Below, in pieces: positions 47,793 to 57,542 of a stretch of 64,000 nucleotides of DNA. Source of the DNA: a virus (taxonomy: Duplodnaviria > Caudoviricetes); the IMG/VR virus record IMGVR_UViG_3300012930_000003, positions 1,246-65,245 of that record; one strand, given 5' to 3'. A program made the position numbers and the translations under genes. How positions within the stretch are numbered: the first letter of the stretch is position 1; every line of letters begins with the position of its first letter. Below the pieces are notes generated by a model, which ran no database searches, had not been told where the DNA came from, and saw nothing but the letters and a program-made list of their open reading frames with translations.

Positions 47793-49550
47793 ATGCCCAT
47801 CATCCCATTTCCCGCTTATCGGCCGGACCTCACGGACCTCGGGACCGAAAGTTCGGTTCTGATCTCTGGCGTCCTTCCTCGCGGGGATGGCTTTGGGCCG
47901 TTCAAATCGTTCATTGGCTTTACTCAGGCGCTGCCGGCCAATTGCAGGGGTTTTTTCTTCGCCCGGCGGAGCGATGGATCGATCGCGGTTTTCGCCAGCA
48001 CGTCCACGCGGCTTTACCTGCTGGACAATTCCAGTTTCGCATGGACCGATGTTAGTAAGGGCGGCATCGCATACGGCGCGCTGCCTTCCGACAAGAATTG
48101 GAAATTCGCGCAGTTCAATGACTTTGTTTTGGCGGTTCAGGTCAATACGGTGCCGCAGAAATTCGTACTGAGTTCGGGGTCCGCGTTTGTCGATCTCGGC
48201 GGGTCGCCTCCGCAGGCGGGGCAGATTGCCATCGTCAACGGGTTCGTGATGCTGACGGAGTTGCTTTCCAATTCGCGGCGCGCGCATTGGTGTGATCTGT
48301 TTGCGCCGGAGACATGGACGGCCGGCGTGGGGCTGGCAGATTTTCAGGACTTTCCGGACGGCGGCGTTTGCCATGCGATATCTGGTGGCGATGCATACGG
48401 GGTAATTTTTCAGGATGAGGCAATTCGGAGCCTGACCTATGCGCCGGGGTCGGCGGCTGTGTTCCAGATTGCGCGGATATCGACACAGGATACGCTCTTT
48501 GCGGAATATTCGGTCATCAACGCTGGGACGCGGACCTTCTTTCTATCGGCGCAAGGGTTCAAGGTCATCGTATCGGGCGGTGAGCCTGTGGCGATCGGAA
48601 AAGAGCAAGTCGATACGTTCTTTTTCGAGGATGTTGACCGCAACAGCCTGCAACTCGTCATCGGGGTCGCGGACCCGGCTGGGACGCGGGTGGGATGGGC
48701 CTATAAATCGCAACAAGGCAGCGCTGGGCTATTCGACAAAATCCTGTGGTTTGATTGGTCGATCAAGGACCGGCCGTGGTCGATTGTGCCGATGTCGGGG
48801 CAGTATATCGGGTATCTCGCCAAGCCTGGGTTGACGCTTGAGGCTTTGGACACGATCGCGCCTGGGACGATTGCGATAACGAACGTGACCAATGCGGGCG
48901 GGTTCTGCGTTTTGACGGTCGCGAGCATTGCGCGGGTATCCGGGCCGGCTCCGCCGGACGGCGCTCCGACCGAAACGCAGTTGCAGGTTAACGACCGGAT
49001 TGCGGTCAGCGGCGTGACCGGCACGGGCGGCCTTCCTGCAGCGATCAACGTGGGGAACATCAAGATTACGGCTATCGCAGGGACCGGGCCGTTTACCCTG
49101 ACGACAAACGTTGCTTTTGTCGGGGCCTATACCAGCGGCGGACTGATTGCTGGATCGATTGATGCGCTGCCGTTCTCGCTGGATAGCATTTCGGCGGCAG
49201 CTGTTGCCGCGCTAGCAGCTGTTGGCCCCACATCCATTCTCGGGTTTTTCACCGGCCCCAATATCGAGGCCATTCTTGAGACGCCAGAGCAGGATTTGGG
49301 GGCATGGATATTCCTTGACGGAATCATGCCGTACACAGATTCGGCGGAAGCGATGGGGTCGATTGGCTATCGGAACACGGCTCAGGGGGCGGTGAGTTAC
49401 ACGGCGGAGACGGCGATCAACGGTCGCGGCGATTGTCCAGTGAATATCGAGGCGCAATTTATGAAGGCTCGACTGCGTATCCCGGCTGGATCGACGTGGC
49501 GGTACGCTCGGGGCATCCGGCCGAATGCGCAGCAAGCCGGGGATAGCTGA
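47793..49550 (+). CDS. Tail nozzle/stabilisation protein (P22 gp10-like beta-propeller)
   Basis: 585 aa, beta-rich, WKFAQFND and ADFQDFPDGG motifs. Follows the adaptor. Confidence 0.75.
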   Translation: MPIIPFPAYRPDLTDLGTESSVLISGVLPRGDGFGPFKSFIGFTQALPANCRGFFFARRSDGSIAVFASTSTRLYLLDNSSFAWTDVSKGGIAYGALPSDKNWKFAQFNDFVLAVQVNTVPQKFVLSSGSAFVDLGGSPPQAGQIAIVNGFVMLTELLSNSRRAHWCDLFAPETWTAGVGLADFQDFPDGGVCHAISGGDAYGVIFQDEAIRSLTYAPGSAAVFQIARISTQDTLFAEYSVINAGTRTFFLSAQGFKVIVSGGEPVAIGKEQVDTFFFEDVDRNSLQLVIGVADPAGTRVGWAYKSQQGSAGLFDKILWFDWSIKDRPWSIVPMSGQYIGYLAKPGLTLEALDTIAPGTIAITNVTNAGGFCVLTVASIARVSGPAPPDGAPTETQLQVNDRIAVSGVTGTGGLPAAINVGNIKITAIAGTGPFTLTTNVAFVGAYTSGGLIAGSIDALPFSLDSISAAAVAALAAVGPTSILGFFTGPNIEAILETPEQDLGAWIFLDGIMPYTDSAEAMGSIGYRNTAQGAVSYTAETAINGRGDCPVNIEAQFMKARLRIPAGSTWRYARGIRPNAQQAGDS

Positions 49551-49855
49551 TGGCTATTCAACTTCAGCCACAGGAAAAATCCATCGTTCGCATCGTGCAG
49601 GCGATCATCGAACTTGTGCAGGGGCGACAGAACAGTATCGGGGATGTTACTTTAACCGTTGGTCCGACTTCGACGGTCGTTTCGTTCGTGAATTGCTCAT
49701 CGGATTGCAGGGTATTTTTGCAGCCGCAGAACGCGGCGGCGGTTGCGGCGCAGGCAACTGTTGCTAAAGCGGATACGCTTAAAGGGTCATTCACCATCCG
49801 GCATAACGTAGTTGGCGCTGGGACAATTCTATCTTTCCTCTGCATCGGGGGTTGA
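49550..49855 (+). CDS. Small tail protein
   Basis: GRQNSIGDVTL...GSFTIRH. TGATG coupling. Confidence 0.6.
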   Translation: MAIQLQPQEKSIVRIVQAIIELVQGRQNSIGDVTLTVGPTSTVVSFVNCSSDCRVFLQPQNAAAVAAQATVAKADTLKGSFTIRHNVVGAGTILSFLCIGG

Positions 49856-49857
49856 CC

Positions 49858-50271
49858 ATGGAAACGATGACGGTTGCATGCGTCGAACCTCAGATGGCCG
49901 GCAGGCTTTGGCCGAAAGTTCGCGATTTGATCGATGTTGGCTATGCGGCTGGCGGCGACTTCATGCCGGAAGATATGCTTGAGCAAATCCGCTACGGGAA
50001 AATCCTGATCTGGATCGCGATCGACGAGGACAGCGGGCATATTCACGCGGCGATGACAACCGAACTCGTGGCGATGCGATGTGGCCTCGTATGTTGGATG
50101 GGGCAATGCGGCGGCGATCGGCTACAGGATTGGTCTGGCTTTCACGTCAAGATCGAAGAATATGCGCGCGACGAGGGCTGTGTTAAGATCGTCTTGCGAG
50201 GCCGTCGGGCTTGGGAGCGCGTCCTCGATGGGTTCAAAGTTCGCACGGTGCAATTGGAAAAAGTCTTATGA
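49858..50271 (+). CDS. GNAT-like protein of podovirus tail modules
   Basis: IEEYARDEGCVKIVLRGRRAWERVL. Confidence 0.65.
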   Translation: METMTVACVEPQMAGRLWPKVRDLIDVGYAAGGDFMPEDMLEQIRYGKILIWIAIDEDSGHIHAAMTTELVAMRCGLVCWMGQCGGDRLQDWSGFHVKIEEYARDEGCVKIVLRGRRAWERVLDGFKVRTVQLEKVL

Positions 50272-50451
50272 CTTGGTGGATTTGGTCATTGATTGGAATT
50301 TACGTCATCGGTTTCGTGGCGGTATTCCTATTCAATATGGCGATAGGTCCGATCACGCCGGGGCTGTGTTTGTTGCGCGCGGCTGTATGGCCGTGGTTTA
50401 TTTTGACTGGCCAGCCTCGCGGCGCGCCAATGATGATGGATTGAGGCTGCG

Positions 50452-51591
50452 ATGACCGATAGCACCAAAACCACCAATCAATCGCAAACGAGCCAGACCT
50501 CACCGTGGGCACCGACGCAAGGATTGCTCGGTAACCTGATCAATTCGTACGGCGATCAGAGCACGGCGGTTACGGGCGGGCAGTCGGCGGCGCTTTCCAA
50601 TCTGTCGGGGGCAACGTCGAACCTGCCGAATTTCGGCGCGGCGGGCACGGGGGCGATTTCCAATCTGTTCAACACGAACAATTCCGGCCAAGTCGGGATG
50701 CTCAATACTGCCTATGACACACTGAGGGGCAATTTGGGTGCGACGGCGAGCGGGGCAAATCTCAATCCATATTCGACGCCGGGGTTTGGCGACGCGCTCG
50801 GCACGGCGATGGACGATATCACCAACCGGACGAAGGGCGTTTACGCGGCATCCGGCCGTGACCCGTCGGGCGCGGGATCGTTTGCGCAGTCGCTCGGCCG
50901 TGGTCTGACGCAAGGTATCTCGCCGCTGATCCAGAGTCAGTTCAATCAGAACTACTCGAACATGGCTGCGGCAAACCGCGATCTATTCTCGGGCGCGGGG
51001 TCGACGGCATCTGGCATCAACAATCTGAACCAGCAGCAGTTGAGCAACGGCATCACTGGCATCGGGGCGGCGAGCGCAATCCCGAGCCTCTATACGTCGC
51101 CTGCGATGGCGCAGCTTGGCGCGGCGAATGCTCAATATGCACAGCCATACCAGAACCTCGCTCAATTGTTGCAGCCGTCGGCGGCTATTGCTGGCTTGGG
51201 AAGCCAATCGAGCGGCACGGGAACCAGCACGCAAACTTCGCAGCCGTCTCTCATGGATTCGATTATGGGCGGATTTAAGCTGGCCGGCACTGGGGCGAGC
51301 GCGGCGGGGTCTGCGGCTGCGGCATGGCCTGCGTTGCTGGCGCTATCCGATGTCCGCGCGAAAGAGAACATTGCGCACGTCGGCAAATTGCATGATGGCC
51401 AGAACGTCTATTCGTTCAACATGAAGGGGTCGAAAACTCCGCAGGTTGGCCTGCTTGCGCAGGAAGTCCAGCAACACGTCCCGGATGCCGTGCATGAGCA
51501 TCCGTCCGGTCTCAAGATGGTGGACTATTCGCGAGCTACCCATAAGGCTCGCGCCATGGGTGGCGGTGTCGGCGCATTGAGGGCTGCGTAA
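50452..51591 (+). CDS. DNA ejection/pilot protein with C-terminal S74-like intramolecular chaperone domain
   Basis: TTNQSQTSQTSPW N-terminus, Gly/Ala/Ser-rich body, SDVRAKENI...VGLLAQEV...VDY. Confidence 0.75.
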   Translation: MTDSTKTTNQSQTSQTSPWAPTQGLLGNLINSYGDQSTAVTGGQSAALSNLSGATSNLPNFGAAGTGAISNLFNTNNSGQVGMLNTAYDTLRGNLGATASGANLNPYSTPGFGDALGTAMDDITNRTKGVYAASGRDPSGAGSFAQSLGRGLTQGISPLIQSQFNQNYSNMAAANRDLFSGAGSTASGINNLNQQQLSNGITGIGAASAIPSLYTSPAMAQLGAANAQYAQPYQNLAQLLQPSAAIAGLGSQSSGTGTSTQTSQPSLMDSIMGGFKLAGTGASAAGSAAAAWPALLALSDVRAKENIAHVGKLHDGQNVYSFNMKGSKTPQVGLLAQEVQQHVPDAVHEHPSGLKMVDYSRATHKARAMGGGVGALRAA

Positions 51592-53474
51592 TGGCCGAAA
51601 ACTGGATGACGGACCTGTTGGCAAACCTACAAGGCGGTGGCGCGCCTACCGCGTTTGGTCCTGCCGCGTCGCCGTTCCCGGATATTCCGCAACCTCCGTT
51701 CGGCGTTCCGGACATGAACAGCGCTGGCATTCAACTGGCGATGAACCAAGCGCCAGAGGGAACCGGCGTTCCCGGCCCGGCTGGGATGGCTCCGCCAGTG
51801 ACCGGCGGGAGCGCTCCGTTCGGTATTCCCCCGTCCGTGCAGTTGGCTGCAAAACTCGCGGCACCTCCCCAGACGCCGCCTGAGCCGCCCGGAGGACCAC
51901 TTCCGCCCGGTGCGGTGCCTCTGCCCAAGCCGCGCCCAGAGGAAGCGCCAGCGGCCACGCCAACCGATATCAGCGCCCAATCCAGAGTGCCCGCCGCCGC
52001 GCCCATGGGGCTGGCTCCGCCTGCGCCTAACGAACCATCATTCCTGCAGAAAACTGGAACATTTGCGAAAGCCATTGCCCCAGCATTACTCGGCGTCGGT
52101 GCCGCGTTGCAGGGTGACCAAGGCCACTTGGCCGCGACGATGGCTGCGCAGCGTGATGCTTTGGCAATGCAGGCCGAAAATCAGGACCTAACATCGCGGG
52201 CGCTTTTGAAGGCGGGCGCTTCTGCCTCCGACGTGGCTGCGGCGGTGAAAAACCCAGATTTGCTCAAGGCTCTGGTCGGGAAATATTATGCCAAGGACGA
52301 TGGCATCAAGTTTGAAAAGGTGAAGGATGCCAACGGCAACGAGGTTGGGATTTGGGTCGATCCTAAAAAGCGGACTGTGGAGTCGGCAAATATCCCAGGC
52401 ATTGGGGACAAGACCGAAGGCCAGAACCTGACGGCGAACGCCCTGCGGAAGGCTGGCGCGCCGGATGAACTCGTGGCCGCCGCCGTGAAAAATCCAGAAG
52501 TGCTGAAAGCTGCGATTGCCCAATACCTCGGCAAGGACAAATTCAAGGTCGTGCAGATTGGCGAGAATGATCGAGGCAAAAAGACGTTCCAGCTTATGAA
52601 CGAGCAAGACGGGACCTTTAAGCCGATTCCGGGCGGCGAAGTGGCTGCGGATAACGCTACGGAAGCGGCGGCCGCAGCGGGCATCACGGGGGCAAAATTC
52701 CTGGAGACGGTTCCGAATGCGCAGGATCGGTCACTTATCAAGCAGTTGACCCAATACGATCTCGACCCTGGGAAGCTGTCGGCCAAGGGCGGTAATCGTG
52801 AACGGTTGCTGGCGCTTGCCGAGCAGTATGATCCGGATTTCAAGGCCGCGCTCTACGCGCCGCGTGCGGCGGTGTTAAAGGAATTCACGAGCGGCGGCGC
52901 GAATTCCCCGGCGTCGATCATCACCAACGGCAACACCGCAATTCAGCATTTGGGGCGGATGAGCGAGTTGGCTGATAAACTTGGAGGGGTCAACAGGGCT
53001 GGTATCCTGAATGCCCCGATTAATTGGGCAAACATCACGATTGAGGAATTGAAAAACAACCCGGATTTGGCTCGGTTCAAGGGCGCGCAGGATCGGTTTG
53101 TGGAAGAGGCCACGAAATTCTATCGCGGCGTTGGCGGCAACAAGGCCGATATCGACCGCGCGCTGCATATCCTGACGGCGGCGCAGTCCCCCGAGGCTCG
53201 GCAGGCGGCCATTCAAGAGCAGGCCGAATTGATGCAGTCCAAGGTCAACGCCTTGCAGGACAGATTCAAAAGCGGGATGGGTCCTAGCGGATGGAAAAAG
53301 GCGCTTTCGGAGGCAGGGACGGAATTCTCGATCGTGCAGCAGCATAGCGCTGAGGAATTAGACAAAATCCGCAAGCGCGCGGCTGGTGAAAAGGTTGCGC
53401 CTTCGGCTTCCGCGCCTATTGCTCCCGTTACCAAGGGAACCACGTCCAGCGGTATCACTTGGAGCATTCACTGA
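51591..53474 (+). CDS. Internal virion/ejection protein
   Basis: 627 aa, Pro-rich N-terminus, helical body, internal tandem repeat. Confidence 0.65.
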   Translation: MAENWMTDLLANLQGGGAPTAFGPAASPFPDIPQPPFGVPDMNSAGIQLAMNQAPEGTGVPGPAGMAPPVTGGSAPFGIPPSVQLAAKLAAPPQTPPEPPGGPLPPGAVPLPKPRPEEAPAATPTDISAQSRVPAAAPMGLAPPAPNEPSFLQKTGTFAKAIAPALLGVGAALQGDQGHLAATMAAQRDALAMQAENQDLTSRALLKAGASASDVAAAVKNPDLLKALVGKYYAKDDGIKFEKVKDANGNEVGIWVDPKKRTVESANIPGIGDKTEGQNLTANALRKAGAPDELVAAAVKNPEVLKAAIAQYLGKDKFKVVQIGENDRGKKTFQLMNEQDGTFKPIPGGEVAADNATEAAAAAGITGAKFLETVPNAQDRSLIKQLTQYDLDPGKLSAKGGNRERLLALAEQYDPDFKAALYAPRAAVLKEFTSGGANSPASIITNGNTAIQHLGRMSELADKLGGVNRAGILNAPINWANITIEELKNNPDLARFKGAQDRFVEEATKFYRGVGGNKADIDRALHILTAAQSPEARQAAIQEQAELMQSKVNALQDRFKSGMGPSGWKKALSEAGTEFSIVQQHSAEELDKIRKRAAGEKVAPSASAPIAPVTKGTTSSGITWSIH

Positions 53475-56197
53475 TGGCGACGCTCACCATCGGCGATAAA
53501 TCGGTTTCGGTCGGCGACGACTTTTTGAAGTTGACGCCGGAACAGCAGAACGCGACCGTTGAGGAAATATCGAAGTCGATCGGGGCTGCGCCGACCGAAC
53601 CCGTGACGGCTAATAAAGTTGCGCGGTCGGCGGCAACTGGGGTTCCGATTGTCGGCGGCGTGCTGAACCAACTGGATGCCGCGACCAATGCGGCGCTGGC
53701 GCCGGTTCTCAATCCGCTATTCGCCGAAAAGGACCAATTGAAGGGCGCGACCTTCGCCGAGCGCCGGGCCGAGTCGCTGCGCCAGCAAAACGCGATGGAT
53801 GAGAAGTTCGCAGCGGCGCATCCCGTGGTGGATACGGCCGCCAAGATCACGGGCGGTGTCGCTGGAACCATCCCGGCCATGATGGCGGCGCCGGCCGCAT
53901 TCGGCCTGACCGGAACCTTGCCGCAGATGGTTGCCCGTGGGGCGGTATCGAACGCGGCGTTGGGCGGTGCTGATGCGCTGGTGCGCGGGGAGGACCCGAC
54001 GACGGCGGCCACGGTCGGCGGGGTGGTAGGTGCTGCGGCGCCGCTGGCGGGTCGCGCGGTCGGCAAGTTGGCCCAATCATACCGGGACTTCCGCAGCCCG
54101 CCGCCGGTGGTCGCGCAGAACGTCGAACGGGTCGCTGGCGTTGATGTGCCGCTGACCACGGGGCAAGCCACGGCTGACCCCGCCGTACAGGCTGAGGAGG
54201 AGATTATGCGACGGGGCGCGCGGGGCGCGTCGGCTGAGGACGTGGCCCGGCAGGCAGACCAGCAAGCGCAGGCGGCCGTTGCGGAGGCTTCCGGAAACAT
54301 CACCAAGTCCCTTGACCCGACAGGCGCATCGGCGCGCACCGCCCCGCAGGCGGCCGGGCAGGTCGTTCAATCCGAATTGGCGCAGCAAGAGGCGGCGCGA
54401 ACGGCTGCCGCTGCTGCGCAGGTCTCGCAGGTCGGCGCTGAGGGCGAAAGCCTGGCGCGCGGGCTTGGGGGTGGCGCGGCTCCGGTCTCTCCGTTTGATG
54501 CGGCTGAGAGTACTGGGGCCGCAGTCGCCGCAAGGGCGGCAGAGGCAAAGGCGGCAACGAAAGAGGCTTACAAGGCGCGGGATGCCGTTGAGGGCGTTTG
54601 GAATCCCGAATTCGCGGGCGGGCTGGCGGCGGATGTTCGCAAGCGCATTGCGTCTGGCGATGCCAGCGAGCGCATTCATGTTGATCCGGTTAACGAATCG
54701 ATCGCATCCAAAGCCCTCAAAACTATCGACAATACCGTTGGGAACGGCGGCTTATTCCGGAACGATGCCGCCCCGCGCGCGAGTGCTGAGGAATTGGCGA
54801 GGTCGGCTGCGGCCAAGGAACTTTCCGATACGATGATTGCGCAGGGCATCAACCCTGAGAAGGCTCTAAAGGCGGCTGCGGACGCCCATGGTATTCCGGT
54901 GGAAGCGGTCGGGGCGGCTGAAAAGCCTCCCGCGATTGATCTGCGGGCGATGGATGATGCCCGCAAGCAACTCGGGACAATGTACCGTGACGCAAAGGAA
55001 AAAGGGATAGCGTCTGGCGACAAGTCCGATTGGCGCGCAATGGGCCGCATCCTTCACGAATTCGACAACGCCATTTCGGATGGTCTCAAGAGTGGCCAGT
55101 TTTCCGGCGACGCCAAATTGGCGAAGGAATTGCAGGACGCGGCGCGCAAATCTCACTCCGAATATAAGGAAACGTATTCGGCCAAGCCGGGCGATGAGAT
55201 TGGACGGGCGATCGAGAAAATCCTCGGTCAATATTCCGACACTGCGGCCACGCCTGAGCAAATTCAGGCATTGTCCTATGGTCCGAAGTCAAATCCGGGC
55301 AGCGGCAACGCGGTGAAGGTCGCCGGCCGGTTGCAGAAAATACTGAGCCCGGAGGAATATGGGCAGTGGAAGTCTGGGTTGTTCAAATACGTTGACGATG
55401 CAGAGCTTTCGCCGGCCAAACGCTCCGCTCGGATTGATAATTTCCTGCAAACGAGTTTGGCGAAGGGTGCTTTGACGGCCGATGATCGGTCGGCCATGTC
55501 CACATACGCTCGGAACCTGCGTGCGACGGAACCTGCAGGCCGCCCTGCGAACGATCTCGAAAAGGCCATCGCGCGCATTGCAGGGACTGACGGTCATCTG
55601 CCGGCCGCGCCGAGCGAAGTGACGGACATGCTCTATTCCCGCACCGGAAAGGGCGACAAGGGCATTTCGCAACGACTGGCCGCCCATCTCAAGCAGAACT
55701 TGACGCTGGAAAGCTGGACGGCTGTTCGGCAGGGCATGTGGGAAAAACTGACCAATGCTGGCGAGGGAAAAGTCCCGTTCGAGGCGCAGGCTTTGTCACA
55801 GCGGCTGCATGAGTTCCTGAACGAGAGCGGCAAGGGGCTGTCCTCGATTCTGTTCACCAAGGCGGAACGGGACGAGATGGCCAAGTTGGCTGCGGTCTAT
55901 CGGCGCATGACGCCGCTGAAGGGCACCACCAATCCCTCGGGAAGCGCGACCATCGGTGCCAAGATCGCGCATAAGGCGATGAACAATCTCGGCGCCATGC
56001 TCGGGTTCGGAGCTCACGGCGTCACCGGGGCAATCGTCGGCCACGGGGTACAGAAGGCCGCTGGTGCGATCAAGGATGCCCGGGCGGCAAAGGAGGCAAC
56101 GCAACTATTTTTCGGTCCCCAGGCCAAGCGCGCGGCTATTACGAGCCGAATTCCGGCTCTGGTCGCGCCGGCTGCGGTTGCGGGGGCGCGGCGGTAG
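53474..56197 (+). CDS. Large internal virion/ejection protein
   Basis: About 907 aa, Ala/Gly-rich helical with hydrophobic segments. TGATG coupling. Confidence 0.7.
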   Translation: MATLTIGDKSVSVGDDFLKLTPEQQNATVEEISKSIGAAPTEPVTANKVARSAATGVPIVGGVLNQLDAATNAALAPVLNPLFAEKDQLKGATFAERRAESLRQQNAMDEKFAAAHPVVDTAAKITGGVAGTIPAMMAAPAAFGLTGTLPQMVARGAVSNAALGGADALVRGEDPTTAATVGGVVGAAAPLAGRAVGKLAQSYRDFRSPPPVVAQNVERVAGVDVPLTTGQATADPAVQAEEEIMRRGARGASAEDVARQADQQAQAAVAEASGNITKSLDPTGASARTAPQAAGQVVQSELAQQEAARTAAAAAQVSQVGAEGESLARGLGGGAAPVSPFDAAESTGAAVAARAAEAKAATKEAYKARDAVEGVWNPEFAGGLAADVRKRIASGDASERIHVDPVNESIASKALKTIDNTVGNGGLFRNDAAPRASAEELARSAAAKELSDTMIAQGINPEKALKAAADAHGIPVEAVGAAEKPPAIDLRAMDDARKQLGTMYRDAKEKGIASGDKSDWRAMGRILHEFDNAISDGLKSGQFSGDAKLAKELQDAARKSHSEYKETYSAKPGDEIGRAIEKILGQYSDTAATPEQIQALSYGPKSNPGSGNAVKVAGRLQKILSPEEYGQWKSGLFKYVDDAELSPAKRSARIDNFLQTSLAKGALTADDRSAMSTYARNLRATEPAGRPANDLEKAIARIAGTDGHLPAAPSEVTDMLYSRTGKGDKGISQRLAAHLKQNLTLESWTAVRQGMWEKLTNAGEGKVPFEAQALSQRLHEFLNESGKGLSSILFTKAERDEMAKLAAVYRRMTPLKGTTNPSGSATIGAKIAHKAMNNLGAMLGFGAHGVTGAIVGHGVQKAAGAIKDARAAKEATQLFFGPQAKRAAITSRIPALVAPAAVAGARR

Positions 56198-56322
56198 GCT
56201 CAATGTGGCGTGCGATGGCGTACAAGATGAGGATCATGGTAAGACCGGCCATCGGGCCGCCGAAGTGAACAAGGCCGATGGCGGCGGATTTCAAGGCGAG
56301 TAGCAGGACTAAAAGCAGGAAT

Positions 56323-56838
56323 ATGAGCATGTCCGCAGTTAAGCGCCGGAAACTTCCCAGTCAAGATCGGCTAAAGCATCTTTTTGATTACGATCAAGGG
56401 ACTGGGTTTTTGATTCGGAGGGTAAATGTCAGCAATCAAAAGGCTGGGGAAAGGGCTGGTAATTTTTGCGCAAAAAGTGGCTATCGGGCCATATCTATTG
56501 ACGGAGGCCAGTACAGAGAAGCCAACGTTATATGGGCGTGGATGACAGGGGTTGATCCTTCGGGCATTGTCGATCATCGGGATTTGGTTCGAGATAACAA
56601 TGCATGGGTCAATTTGAGGCTTGGCACTCAATCACAAAACGTCGCCAATAGCCCAGTTCGAACAACCAATATTCTTGGCGTGAAAGGTGTGAGCAAAAAG
56701 CGCGGAAGGTTTAGGGTGCAAATTACAGTAGACGGAGAGAACCATCATCTCGGCACTTTTGATACGGTTGAGGAAGCGTCATCGGTGCGCATGGCTAGGG
56801 CGAAAGAACTGTTCGGCGAATTCGCGAGGCTCGCATGA
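56323..56838 (+). CDS. HNH-AP2 homing endonuclease
   Basis: LFDYDQGTG...VDHRDLVRDNNAWVNLR...SQN...GVKGV...HLGTFDTVEEA...LFGEFA. AT-rich. Confidence 0.88.
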   Translation: MSMSAVKRRKLPSQDRLKHLFDYDQGTGFLIRRVNVSNQKAGERAGNFCAKSGYRAISIDGGQYREANVIWAWMTGVDPSGIVDHRDLVRDNNAWVNLRLGTQSQNVANSPVRTTNILGVKGVSKKRGRFRVQITVDGENHHLGTFDTVEEASSVRMARAKELFGEFARLA

Positions 56839-57542
56839 ATGGGTTGGAGACAGTTCGGGCTCTTATCGACAAGGGATACACGCCTGCGCAGGCGGCGGCT
56901 CTTGCTGGTCACGTCATGCAGGAAAGTGGGTTCGATCCATCGAATGTCAACAAAGGTGAGGATGCGCACGGGCTTGTGCAATGGCGCGGCGACCGCTGGC
57001 AAGGTTTGCAGGATTTCGCCAAAGCGCAAGGGAAATCTCCGACCGATCCCTTGGTGCAGATGGATTTCATCGGCCACGAAATGAGAGGCCCTGAGGCAAA
57101 GGCTGGCGCAGGGTTCATGGCGGCTCCCGACGTTGCGAGCGCCAGTGCGGCTCTCAAGCCCTATATTCGATATGCCGACCCAGGTGGTGCACAGACTGCC
57201 CTGCGGACGAATAACGCGGTCGGACTGCTGGCCCAATATAACGGCGGCGCGCCAACTGCGCCGGTCGATCCGACCAATCCCGCCGATCCGACGCAATCTG
57301 TGGCCGCACCCGCCGCGCCGCTATCCATCGCGCCAGACGCGGCAACGCCCGTGGGCTCGCTGGCGTCGTCGCTGCAGTCGTTGGGCGGCAGTTTGGGCGG
57401 CGGCACTTCGGGCCAACCGGCGCAGCAACCGGCCGCGCCTGACTTCCTCGCGCCGCAGCAAATCGCCATGCCGCAGGCAAATACCGGACAATCGCAACAA
57501 ATCGCCGCCGCCTTGGCCAAGATGTACGGAATCGGAGCATGA
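56835..57542 (+). CDS. Virion-associated lysozyme (phage tail lysozyme type)
   Basis: QAAALAGHVMQESG...GLVQWRGDR...QMDFIGHEM, followed by a Pro/Ala-rich tail. Confidence 0.82.
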   Translation: MNGLETVRALIDKGYTPAQAAALAGHVMQESGFDPSNVNKGEDAHGLVQWRGDRWQGLQDFAKAQGKSPTDPLVQMDFIGHEMRGPEAKAGAGFMAAPDVASASAALKPYIRYADPGGAQTALRTNNAVGLLAQYNGGAPTAPVDPTNPADPTQSVAAPAAPLSIAPDAATPVGSLASSLQSLGGSLGGGTSGQPAQQPAAPDFLAPQQIAMPQANTGQSQQIAAALAKMYGIGA

